A program made the position numbers and the translations under genes. Source: Balanoglossus misakiensis (lineage: Eukaryota; Animalia; Hemichordata). Taken from it: 64,000 nucleotides of DNA. The DNA is taken from assembly GCA_040954595.2 (NCBI GenBank), contig CM082583.2:6880849-6944848 (forward strand), in the 5' to 3' direction. The notes below the pieces were generated by a model, which did not search any database, was not told the origin of the DNA, and was given only the letters and a program-made list of their open reading frames with translations. Positions 56,101-64,000 of the stretch are shown piece after piece. Within the stretch, counting starts at the first letter, position 1, and each line of letters starts with the position of its first letter.

Positions 56101-57900
56101 CAGCAAATGTTAAATGCTCACAGTCAAATACAAACCATGCACTGTGGGCATTTAACATTAGGCTGTATTCTTGCTGTTTCCCCAGATTCTTGAAGATGAA
56201 AAGATTATTTCAAAGTCTTTCTGACTATGTCACATCTCCATTGTGTTGGAATTGGATGTAGATTTTTATGTGTATTTATTTCTGTCACTTTCAGCCTCAC
56301 TATGTACCTGAACATTTCAGACGTGGATATGGTGGAAGGTATTTATTAATTTTTTTTTATTTCATTTCTTTCACAATATCTTGTACACTTTTGCAACAAC
56401 TTGTCATTTAAAAAGACAGTCTCATGTTGCTGTTCGAAATATCCCACCTGCAAAAAAGTCACCACAGTATCAGAGAATTTCAGATTATTCGGCTAAACAG
56501 AATTGCTGTCAAGGATGGTGGGTGAAAATCTCATGGAATGTTTTCACTTTCTGTTGAATTGGCAGGCCCACATGGAAGTCTGACCGCTCTTCCTCCAACA
56601 AAGATGACAATCAAGAGCAGACTAATGAGGATAAAGATGCCAAGAGGTGAGGCTAGGTCACGCAACGAGAGATAAAACACAGCCTTTATTTGCCAGGCAG
56701 ATGCACGGAGAATTTGGTTGCATAGCAATTTGAGATTCTCATGAAATTTTATTTGGGCGTTGCCAGGAGCTGTTTACTTTGGCATCACGTAGTAACAAAC
56801 TATTTTCACACATCAGTTGTCTCTGCCCGTGACCAGTGTGAGTGAAGATAAGCTTGGCTGGGCATCAGTTCATCTGTAATGATCAGTTGTCATACACACA
56901 CACACAAAAATGTAATAAGGTATTGAGTTGCACACGGCGCGGCTAAATACGAAACCCCAGCCATCCCCACAGGTATCTAGTCTTATCTCGGCGAGATGTC
57001 GGAAATGTGAATCAAGCGCCATGGCAACCATCGCGCCCTGCGGCCATCTGCATACACACAGCGCAAGTAATTGTTGGGCTCAATGAACTAGTGAAAGGGA
57101 ATGAAAAAATTCCATTTGTGGGCAATCGTGGCCATTGTAAATATTCCTTTGAGTTGTGGCGAAGTCATCTTTCATCTTTTTGTAAAATGTCTGCAGGGAG
57201 GAAGAAGCTGTGGATGAGAGATCGGCCGAAGAGAAGCAGAGAGAGGAGGCTCAGGAGAGAAAGAGTCAGAAGAAAGAGAGACTGAATGGCATTCTCTTGA
57301 AATTACTCTCCAAACTTCCCGGCAAACAAGGTAAAGCAGGTGAATGCAGAGCTCATATATTAGAAGCAGGCTTCAGTGTTTCTGTGGCCGTGGTGCAAAG
57401 GGAAGTGTATTCCAATGGAGAAGTTTGCATTGTAATTTATCTGGCCAGGTGCCTGTGTGAGAACAGAATTTAAATTGGTGTCTGTGTGTCTATGTGCGTG
57501 CACGCGTTTGCTCGCACGTGTGTGTGCACATGTGCGTGTGTGTTTGAGTTGTGCTGTTCTTGAATTTCATGACTGGTTAGTGGTAAGACTGTCTGGTGAT
57601 GCAAGGCGTATTGAATGTGTTATAGGAAAGATGGGAAATAGGTGGTTCATGTTCAATAAGCTAAGTTGTCTACAGTATGTAGCTCTTTCTTTGTTTGGGT
57701 CTAGAACCTATAAAATACTACTTTGTGGGCAAGTACATATCAAGGGCATTCAGATTCCTGGTAAAAAATGGCCAGCAAATCTGACATATATTATTTGTTT
57801 TGTTTTACCTCCAGCTGTTGATGTAACATATCTTCTTGAAGAAGGGTGTGGTAAAAGACAGCGAAAGCGACCACCGTTGGCCCTGGATGGTTTCTTCTGA
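15197..57900 (+). CDS. ASH1L: ASH1L-like histone-lysine N-methyltransferase (H3K36), spliced CDS of 24 exons, 5'-incomplete
   Basis: Exons joined manually at GT-AG sites keep one frame (7821 nt). Domain order AT-hook, FQLP, AWS, SET ([11 protein letters not shown]...EITYDY), post-SET (CWCGSEKC), bromo, PHD, BAH and the C-terminal [10 protein letters not shown] motif is diagnostic of Ash1/ASH1L. Confidence 0.97.
21889..21919. repeat. (GAAT)n microsatellite
   Basis: gaatgaatgaatgaacgaatgaatgaatgaa. Confidence 0.85.
21991..22161 (+). CDS. ASH1L: ASH1L exon (…[19 protein letters not shown])
   Basis: caacag|T…GT|gtaagt, phase 2-2, conserved KKFxKAGxYSD motif. Confidence 0.92.
24370..24470 (+). 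CDS. ASH1L: ASH1L exon (PKGKKNG…[13 protein letters not shown])
   Basis: tttcag|A…G|gtgagt. The [13 protein letters not shown] motif is in a frame not shown in the ORF track. Confidence 0.93.
27204..27323 (+). CDS. ASH1L: ASH1L exon with MRG15-binding FxLP motif ([18 protein letters not shown]…YKKIRT)
   Basis: ccacag|GG…A|gtaagt, phase 1-1, 120 nt. Confidence 0.95.
34458..34566 (+). CDS. ASH1L: ASH1L exon, AWS domain part 1 ([18 protein letters not shown]…GCTDECMNR)
   Basis: tttaag|AT…AG|gtaaaa, Cys-rich AWS pattern. Confidence 0.94.
34936..35041 (+). CDS. ASH1L: ASH1L exon, AWS domain part 2 ([27 protein letters not shown])
   Basis: ttgcag|G…CAG|gtaaat, inside ORF 34811-35215. Confidence 0.95.
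35685..35932 (+). CDS. ASH1L: ASH1L exon, SET domain core (TKDRGYG…[16 protein letters not shown])
   Basis: ttgcag|ACC…TG|gtgagc, GxG and RFVNHSCxPN SET motifs. Confidence 0.97.
36982..38936 (+). mobile_element. Non-autonomous Helentron-type element (HINE/DINE-1-like) carrying an internal tandem array
   Basis: 5' sub-terminal repeat gggtttcgagac with an adjacent inverted copy (hairpin 36987-37019), then an (ATT)n microsatellite and the 237-bp array. 3' complementary sub-TIR gtctcgaaaccc (38897-38908) is followed by the hairpin gctgt-tc-acagc. Both ends lie in T-runs with no TSD. Confidence 0.8.
37645..38890. repeat. Tandem repeat, 237-bp unit, ~5.2 copies
   Basis: Anchor ggaccaaaataagaagcc recurs at 37645, 37882, 38119, 38356 and 38593. 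The last copies are more diverged. Confidence 0.96.
40555..40649. mobile_element. Diverged second copy of the TTAA MITE, opposite orientation
   Basis: tgaactctttcacc…ggtgatagggttaa. The interior aligns by eye to the reverse complement of 46469-46561 (gtccaaa.ccattg…tatggtaaag.tggacc). Confidence 0.72.
45862..45970 (+). CDS. ASH1L: ASH1L exon, SET C-terminus ([36 protein letters not shown])
   Basis: ttacag|G…CAG|gtaagc, EExTYDY motif. Confidence 0.96.
46469..46561. mobile_element. ~93-bp MITE with TIRs, TTAA-flanked (piggyBac-like ends)
   Basis: ttaaccctttcacc…ggtgaaagggttaa perfect 14-bp inverted ends. A second copy lies at 40555-40649. Confidence 0.75.
47611..47763 (+). CDS. ASH1L: ASH1L exon, post-SET ([19 protein letters not shown]) with AT-hook-like RVGRPPK
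   Basis: ttgcag|CAA…AGG|gtaatt, CxCxxxxC motif. Confidence 0.95.
48027..48228 (+). CDS. ASH1L: ASH1L exon (ESNREDS…[13 protein letters not shown]…)
   Basis: catcag|GAG…CAAG|gtaata. An alternative in-phase donor at 48240 is possible. Confidence 0.88.
49235..49442 (+). CDS. ASH1L: ASH1L exon, start of bromodomain (…[14 protein letters not shown]…[10 protein letters not shown])
   Basis: tgacag|AC…AG|gtgagg. Confidence 0.94.
49886..50018 (+). CDS. ASH1L: ASH1L exon, bromodomain ([14 protein letters not shown]…VFRNAE)
   Basis: cagcag|G…GAG|gtaatc, DYYxxIxxPxDL bromodomain motif. Confidence 0.95.
50169..50307 (+). CDS. ASH1L: ASH1L exon, end of bromodomain ([13 protein letters not shown]…GDSTT)
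   Basis: tttcag|AAA…G|gtgagt, continues frame. Confidence 0.92.
50752..50858 (+). CDS. ASH1L: ASH1L exon, PHD finger part 1 ([26 protein letters not shown])
   Basis: gactag|AC…TTG|gtaagt. The polypyrimidine tract is weak, so the exact start is less certain. Confidence 0.9.
51087..51173 (+). CDS. ASH1L: ASH1L exon, PHD finger part 2 (VWQHCDCVG…[13 protein letters not shown])
   Basis: acgtag|GTA…CAG|gtaaga, completes C4HC3. Confidence 0.95.
51522..51612 (+). CDS. ASH1L: ASH1L exon ([31 protein letters not shown])
   Basis: tttcag|GAA…AG|gtaaac. Confidence 0.93.
52505..52649 (+). CDS. ASH1L: ASH1L exon, BAH domain (GDCVYL…[13 protein letters not shown])
   Basis: tttcag|GA…AA|gtaagt, GDCVY BAH motif. 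Confidence 0.94.
53746..53830 (+). CDS. ASH1L: ASH1L exon, BAH domain ([28 protein letters not shown])
   Basis: ttgcag|A…GAG|gtgaga, RPxET BAH motif. Confidence 0.95.
54046..54133 (+). CDS. ASH1L: ASH1L exon, BAH domain ([30 protein letters not shown])
   Basis: atccag|CTG…AAG|gtaatg. Confidence 0.95.
55833..55999 (+). CDS. ASH1L: ASH1L exon, end of BAH ([24 protein letters not shown]…KKTYS)
   Basis: ttgcag|GC…TCA|gtgagt. Confidence 0.94.
56295..56338 (+). CDS. ASH1L: ASH1L small exon ([15 protein letters not shown])
   Basis: tttcag|CCT…AG|gtattt, 44 nt, PHYVP motif, needed for frame. Confidence 0.88.
56566..56646 (+). CDS. ASH1L: ASH1L exon ([27 protein letters not shown])
   Basis: tggcag|G…AG|gtgagg, phase 2-2, WKSxR motif. 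Confidence 0.85.
57197..57330 (+). CDS. ASH1L: ASH1L penultimate coding exon (…[20 protein letters not shown])
   Basis: ctgcag|G…AAG|gtaaag, ERLNxILLxLLxKxPGK motif. Confidence 0.93.
57477..57543. repeat. Imperfect (TG/CG)n alternating purine-pyrimidine tract
   Basis: gtgtgtctatgtgcgtgcacgcgt…gcacgtgtgtgtgcacatgtgcgtgtgtgt. Confidence 0.7.
57815..57900 (+). CDS. ASH1L: ASH1L last coding exon ([28 protein letters not shown])
   Basis: ctccag|CT…[13 protein letters not shown]-terminal motif. Confidence 0.93.
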
Positions 57901-60900
57901 AAAGATGCGTCGCTATGGTAACCAGTGCATTGTTGACGGTATTCTGAAGTACAAGTGGCACAGGCTTTTGTTTGGGTCATACTGGTCAGTGTGGAATGAC
58001 TTGGGTTTTGTGGCATCATCTGTCTAAACCTGACCATAGCGAGCAGAAGATTTCCTAAGAGTCAATGTCCCAGATCAGGGGATGGTCAGTAGACATTTTG
58101 CGAGTATGAGAAATCTACGTGAAACAGTAGGAAGAAGAAATCAACACATTCCTAATTTGTTCAGAGGTCTGAATTTCCTTACAGAAAGAAAAAATTCATT
58201 CCAATCAGCTATTGAAGTTAATCTCTGAATATGTGGACAAGTTTAAGTTGTCGGATGAGTTAAGACATGACAATGATGACTATGAACTGTGAAGAAGATT
58301 AGAAGAAAACAGGAGATTTTAAATGGCAGGACACAAGTGTGTATAAATCCCTGGACGTGTGTCTGTCCGGAATTTCTGTACCAGCCAGTCATGTTGCTGG
58401 GTTCAAAGGGAAAACAGTGAAATGAGAGACGACATGTGTGTCACATGATTGCATAATGTACATCACATGGTTGCCACATTGTTTAATAATGTGTGCTGCA
58501 TGGTTGAATTAATGCGGTTGTGGACTTTTGCTGTCAGACCAGAAAAAGTCTGGTGCTGTGTAGAGGTAGCGGAAAGTCATTGCAGATGGTTATCGCTGCA
58601 ATTTTACCTTGTCAGAATCTGGTATATTATCAGATGGATGACTATTTTGTACAAAGTGTAGTCTTCTAGTTTTGCAGTTTTACCAATCCTGTTCGGCTGA
58701 TTCTTGTACAGATCACTACAGAGAGGTATCATTCATTGAGGAGAAATCAACTTCCTTCTGGTCATTAAATATGTATCATAAAAAAAATGAGCACCATTTC
58801 CATGGAAACCGATGATTTTTCCCCAAGAAAGCATGAAATGCTGATACTTCTGTAGGATTTAAAAACGTTGTAATTTTTTGGAGATCTCTACGTCAAACTT
58901 CATCCGTTCAAGTGATCTTAATGTATTGTTGTGTTTTCATGAAATCATCTAAAAAAAATACATTCAAGACAATGCTGTCAAGTTGAGGGTGTGAGTTCCA
59001 CCTCAACTCGCCTCGTCAAAAAAATGTGCATTTCAAACCCAGGAATGTTTTATACTCAAGAATATGTGAAAAAAAGTTAATATTTTTCTGAAACCTTTAA
59101 TAAATCAGCCTTTACAGAGAAAGAAAAGGAGTTTCTGAGCAGTACTGAGAAAGAAAAAAAAAGTTTTGCAATGTGCCTTAGAGGCACTGAAGAGTGTCAA
59201 GGGTGATGCATCAGAAAATGAGTTTTTTCTATAAAAAAAAAAAAGATTTTTTTGAAAAGTTGAACAAACATACTTCCTGGGTGTATGTCTGCTTGCATGC
59301 GAGTAATGATACTGTCATGTATTCATCTCTCCTTTTTTTAAAACACAGTTTACATTTAATATATATGTATCGAACATAATCATGACACATTAATATTAAT
59401 TGAAGCATTACTTGTAACATGACAAAATACGATATAAAAAACTTTGTTATCACATTATCAAAGATAACCCACTGATCGATATTACTGCAACAAGAGAATT
59501 TTGTGTTTTGTCGCAGTGTGCTTATCAAGTCCATTAAATATGAATTTTAGCATTATGACAAAAACTCTTGCAGAGTAAGGTCAAATTATCCTTGCGTTTT
59601 AGTGACTTGCATTTCAGCCAAAATCAAGATATTTTAAGTGTCACTCCGATAGAATTTTATCGGACTATTATCAGCATAATGAATCATTTTAAAGAGTATT
59701 ATAGTTTTGAATTATGTAGATACATAAATGTTGATTGCGTCATTATTGTCAGTATTTAAAGAATTCCCATCCGACTGCATTGTAATAAATATCTCGGGAA
59801 AGCAAAACAGGGCTTATTTTTTGAGACTTAACCTTACAAGATGAGAACTGTAGGTGAGCATTTTTAATAGGTGTGAATTTTACTATTAAGAAACCTATTT
59901 ACTATTCAGGAACTTTTCCGTACTTAAAAATTTTAAATTTAACAAAAAAATTATATATATTGCAGCATGCTATTTTAGCTACATTGTGATTGTCACTGCA
60001 GCTTTCAGTCTAAAGATTTTAAATAAGCGACTGGATATATGTTTTCTAGCTGTTGTTTTCTCCTTGTTCAGTTGAGGAATAAAATTCCCAATGTGAAGCA
60101 TGTTTCTGTTCTTTTCCTTGTGAATTTACTCAAATTATCACTGACAGGAAAATATTTTTTTTTGTAAAACTATAGTTTGTGTAGGAGAGAGTGACCAGGT
60201 GCTAGATCAAGTAATGTATGAAAAATTTTGTCTTTTAAGATAATGTTGAAAGTGTTACAGAATGCAGCTACTTTCTAACCTGTGTATTATGAATTGTTCC
60301 AGCCTATAGATCTTTAGCTGTTATGTTTTGCCAGTCACTGGACGAGCATGTAGTTTGAATCCTGTATATATTTCTATGTGGAGCTTCAGTGAAAAGAAAA
60401 TGGCTGATAATTGATTGTGTGTTCTGTAAGGGCTCACTCGGAAGCCTCTTCCACCCCTATCTGAACGTTGTACATGGTTTGACCCAGCTACTTTTGCCAA
60501 TGGATTGGGTCAAGCCATCATGCAAAATATAGGAGGGAGAGGGTTGCAGAGATCTGAGACAGCTCTGTTCTAACATTAGATTATTGACAAAAAAACTAAG
60601 AGACAAGACCCTTGCATATATTTTGACACATTAAAATATATATGATGCTTACTCATTGTGTAAATTATGTAATTATGGCATTACTGAACGATACAAATCA
60701 AGGTAATCCTGGATGCAAACGAGAGGGGGAAAGAGAGAGAAAAATATGACTGCGTAAATGTGAATAAACTCGGCAGAAATATGTAACTCTTTTTGTCATG
60801 ATAATAGTTTATGTGATGTGTGTGTGTGTCGTTCGTTATGGGGGAGGCAGATGTTCAATGTCTCTCATGCAAATAAATAGCTAAGATCATTACTGACCCC

Positions 60901-63461
60901 CCCTCCCCCAAACATTTGGTTAGGGGCAAATCTGAATTGCCATCCCTAACTCTGCAGCAATTAGGTCAGTCACAGGGGAGGGGCCAGGGTCAGTGAAACA
61001 AACCTGTGATTCAAGGTGAACTGGTATTTACATCATCAGCCTAAGCTTGCCTGAGTTTGTCTCAGTCTAATGCAGCAATGCATTGCTTTGTGAGCCATTT
61101 TCAGGTAGATTTACAACAGTTTAAGTCCTTTTCCTCAGGGGTGGGTCTTTTGACGATCTGCGAAGGGGATTGAAAATGCAATGAGACAATATCGCTGCAG
61201 TATTCATGTGCTGAGGAATACATTTGGCTGATAAAAAAACCAGCATCAATTTTGCATATCCCTTGGGACACGGTCTTAAAGCCCCTCCCAGAACACCCCC
61301 ACCCCTATGAAATTAAAGAGGTCCACGATATTCTTCGTAATATTGACGAGAAATCATGGTGCCAAACCTCACAGGTCAGCTCAATGAGAGAGTGATTGAC
61401 CTGCTTGAAAAAAAAGCGAGTGAAACTCGCCCCTTTTCAATGATGCAAAGACGGTATGAAAAATGCATAAAGGAATATGTATCTCGACTATCCATCCCAA
61501 TGGGGCCACTTGTTCTCAAATGTCCCGTAGAGACCCCGAACGCAAAAATTGATTTCAGTGAAGGCCAACTCAAAATACTAGTAGCCATCCCTCATGTACA
61601 TGTACATGAATACTGTATGACTGAGATGTTGAGCACTAAACCAGTCGCTTGCAAGTTGAATGCGACTCTAGAGGGCTCCCTTTCCCATGTGTGACATGCT
61701 AAGTCTGGCAATGCACCATGGGAGAAAATGGCATCTACAAGGTATGTGTGGCTCAGTCAAAGGTTGAGTGCTAGAAATTGAAGATAGGAACATTTGTCTA
61801 GAAATTTGAAGTTTTCAGATAACCAGTCAAGAAAAGGGACTATAATTGACACTTTCAGGGTACCCAAGTTCTAGATGCAAACTTTATTAAGGGTCAAACC
61901 TCTGTTGAACGTAGGCCTAAGGCAGAAATGTGAACATTCAGTCTATGCCATGCTTCTCTTCCAATTTGCATACACACATTGTGAGATACACGCACACCTG
62001 CTGTTAGAATATGCAAACATGAGAACACATCTAACACATTTGTGATTTCAATATATTTATTTTCTTTGTTATGTACAGTTTTTGTACACATGTCATTATA
62101 AATTTGAAGATTGCATAAAAAAATTCTGGAGTTTTCTCTCCACGACTGAAAACAACCCTGTAAATGTGACTCTTTTCCCCATTTCATTCACTTCACTATC
62201 CGTAAGTACACTTTTGCAAAATGATTTTCTAAAATCTTGTAATGTAGTTAAAAGGCAGAAGTGGCCACTAAACACTGCAGATTATTCTTTGTTTACTAAA
62301 CATGATTTTAAAAATAGTAAAGGCAATTACAGTTTCAGCAATTTTGAAAACTTTCTAGTTCCTATGTGCGTTTAACTTAGATAAAATGCACAAACAAGGC
62401 ATTTCTGTAATGCAACCATAGTTTTTACCACAGGGGCTGTAATCATCTGAATTGCAATGATTCAATTGATTGTTATAAAAAGATGTTAATATCAGATAAA
62501 TAGTCAGATCTGTTTTAATTCAAGCAAAGCTATTTAAGATAATTCATGATTTAATCACTGAAAGATCTTGGTTAATAGTTGGATTATATACACAATTTAC
62601 AGTTAGCGGTATACATCTATCTATACATAAGCAAAAATTATCATACACACTGACTCCAAATTCAGTCTCACAATCAGAAATTAGGTAAACGAGATTAGGA
62701 ATGCATGATTGGAAATTAAGACATGCTGGAAAGATTTCAGAATTGGAATGGACAGAATCGGAAGATATTGTAAGCTTGTAGTTGTAATTGGAAGACACTC
62801 ATAAACAAGTACAGAAACATTGGTTTCAGCTCTCCACATTTAGAATTTGTTCAAACCCCGTTCATGGACAAGCCAAGCTACATGTATGACAGATTCTCAT
62901 CTTGTTCAATTAATGTTTACATTTTGTAGTGAGGTCTGATTAGCACTGCCTTTGTAGAAGGAAAAAATTAAAAACAACTTGCATAATAAATGGGAGAAAT
63001 CGAATGCAAAATTATGTTAATTTATTTTTAAAAATTGCAGATCAAAAAGATTTGGTCTCTGTAATATGGGACGGATAAAAATAAAAATCTTAACTAAATG
63101 AAATACTCCACTTCAACACGGGTATCAGCATATAAATTTTCACTGATAAATTGAACTTTACGAGTTGCACTTTTCTAGATCTGATTTTTCACATGATTAC
63201 TGTCTTGTATCTGCAATAATTGCACAAAGGTGTTCGACTGCTGCAGTAGTGGAAGAAAATAAGGAATAAATAGCACAGAACATGTGACCATCAGCTGATC
63301 ATTTCCCATGAATCATAGCTGTGATTTCAGTCATAACTTTGATAAGCCCGGTTGTTTTGAAAGTTCATAATTGCAAATTCTGTCATTAAAACAGTGAACT
63401 TGACAGTGATTCTGTTGTTGGACAATCCTATCGATATCAAATTCTTGAAAATACAGTAAAA

Positions 63462-63515
63462 CTATTCTGCAGCCTCCTCTTCCACTGATTCACCCTTCTT
63501 CAGTTTTGTAATGAT
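63462..63515 (-). CDS. kinesin last coding exon (IITKLKKGESVEEEAAE*)
   Basis: Minus-strand ttgtag|ATC…TAG after a long T-tract. Confidence 0.85.
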   Translation of the reverse strand: MITKLKKGESVEEEAAE

Positions 63516-64000
63516 CTACAAAAAGAAAAAAAATTAAAGATGTAGTTTATTGAGACAGAATATTAAAATCAAAACCAACAGCAAATTGACAAAAGTTGTC
63601 AACAATAATACACCGTGCAGCAACCTTATCCTAATTAAATTTCAAACTGTTGACAGCAGAAAAACTAATTCTACCATGATTTAATGCACCCCTTCCAGAC
63701 CATCACACACAACTTACGTCTTTCAATCTTGCTATCTCCTTATTATCTGCATTCTTGGCTGCATCGTTTGTGATTAATTTCACTCTGGAAGCATACCTGA
63801 GAGAAAAACAAAAGTATTTAACTCAGAGTTCTAAAGAGGGCGCTATGTACTACTGCCCTAACCCTGAACTGTTGAGTAATGACAAAATATTTTTTTGCAG
63901 TTGGAAATGGGTTGGATGAAACAGAAGAAACATTCAAACTTACGTGAGGGAAATCACAGTTTCGTCGGCATTGTAATCAGCAGGTGAGATGTTGACAAAC
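63462..64000 (-). CDS. KCBP: 3' end of a C-terminal-motor kinesin-14, KCBP/kinesin-C-like (calmodulin-binding); exons 64000-63944, 63796-63718, 63515-63462
   Basis: Spliced translation FVNISPADYNADETVISLT-YASRVKLITNDAAKNADNKEIARLKD-IITKLKKGESVEEEAAE*. This is the kinesin motor end (xNISP…ET…SLxYASRV) followed by a basic amphipathic helix and acidic tail. GT-AG sites are in phase. Confidence 0.88.
63718..63796 (-). CDS. kinesin exon (YASRVKLITNDAAKNADNKEIARLKD)
   Basis: Minus-strand tctcag|G…GAC|gtaagt, 79 nt, phase 2-0. Confidence 0.9.
63944..64000 (-). CDS. kinesin exon, truncated by window edge (FVNISPADYNADETVISLT)
   Basis: Minus-strand donor AC|gtaagt at 63943, kinesin beta8/alpha6 motif. 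Confidence 0.9.

Noticed and set aside
61356-61694. 112-aa ORF between the two genes
   Set aside because: No domain or splice support; lies in repeat-like intergenic/UTR sequence.

Overview
AT-rich eukaryotic (metazoan) genomic DNA with GT-AG introns. An invertebrate, probably deuterostome, origin is inferred from the protein similarities and repeat types. Most of the window is one + strand gene, an ASH1L/Ash1 histone H3K36 methyltransferase orthologue. I traced 24 coding exons from 15197 to the stop at 57900. All splice phases are consistent and give 7821 nt (2606 aa plus stop): a giant 4.9-kb exon with an AT-hook, then the MRG15-binding FxLP motif, AWS, SET, post-SET, bromodomain, PHD and BAH. 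The start-codon exon was not found, and 1-15196 looks intronic. At the right edge, three short minus-strand exons missed by the ORF track encode the C-terminus of a C-terminal-motor kinesin-14 with a calmodulin-binding-type helix and acidic tail (KCBP / sea-urchin kinesin-C type), convergent with ASH1L. The ~10-kb intron splitting the SET domain holds a Helentron-type non-autonomous element with a 237-bp tandem array, two copies of a ~93-bp TTAA-flanked MITE, and a GC-rich candidate cryptic exon. Apart from ORFs overlapping ASH1L exons, the short ORFs look like noise or antisense shadows. No unambiguous new biological system was seen.
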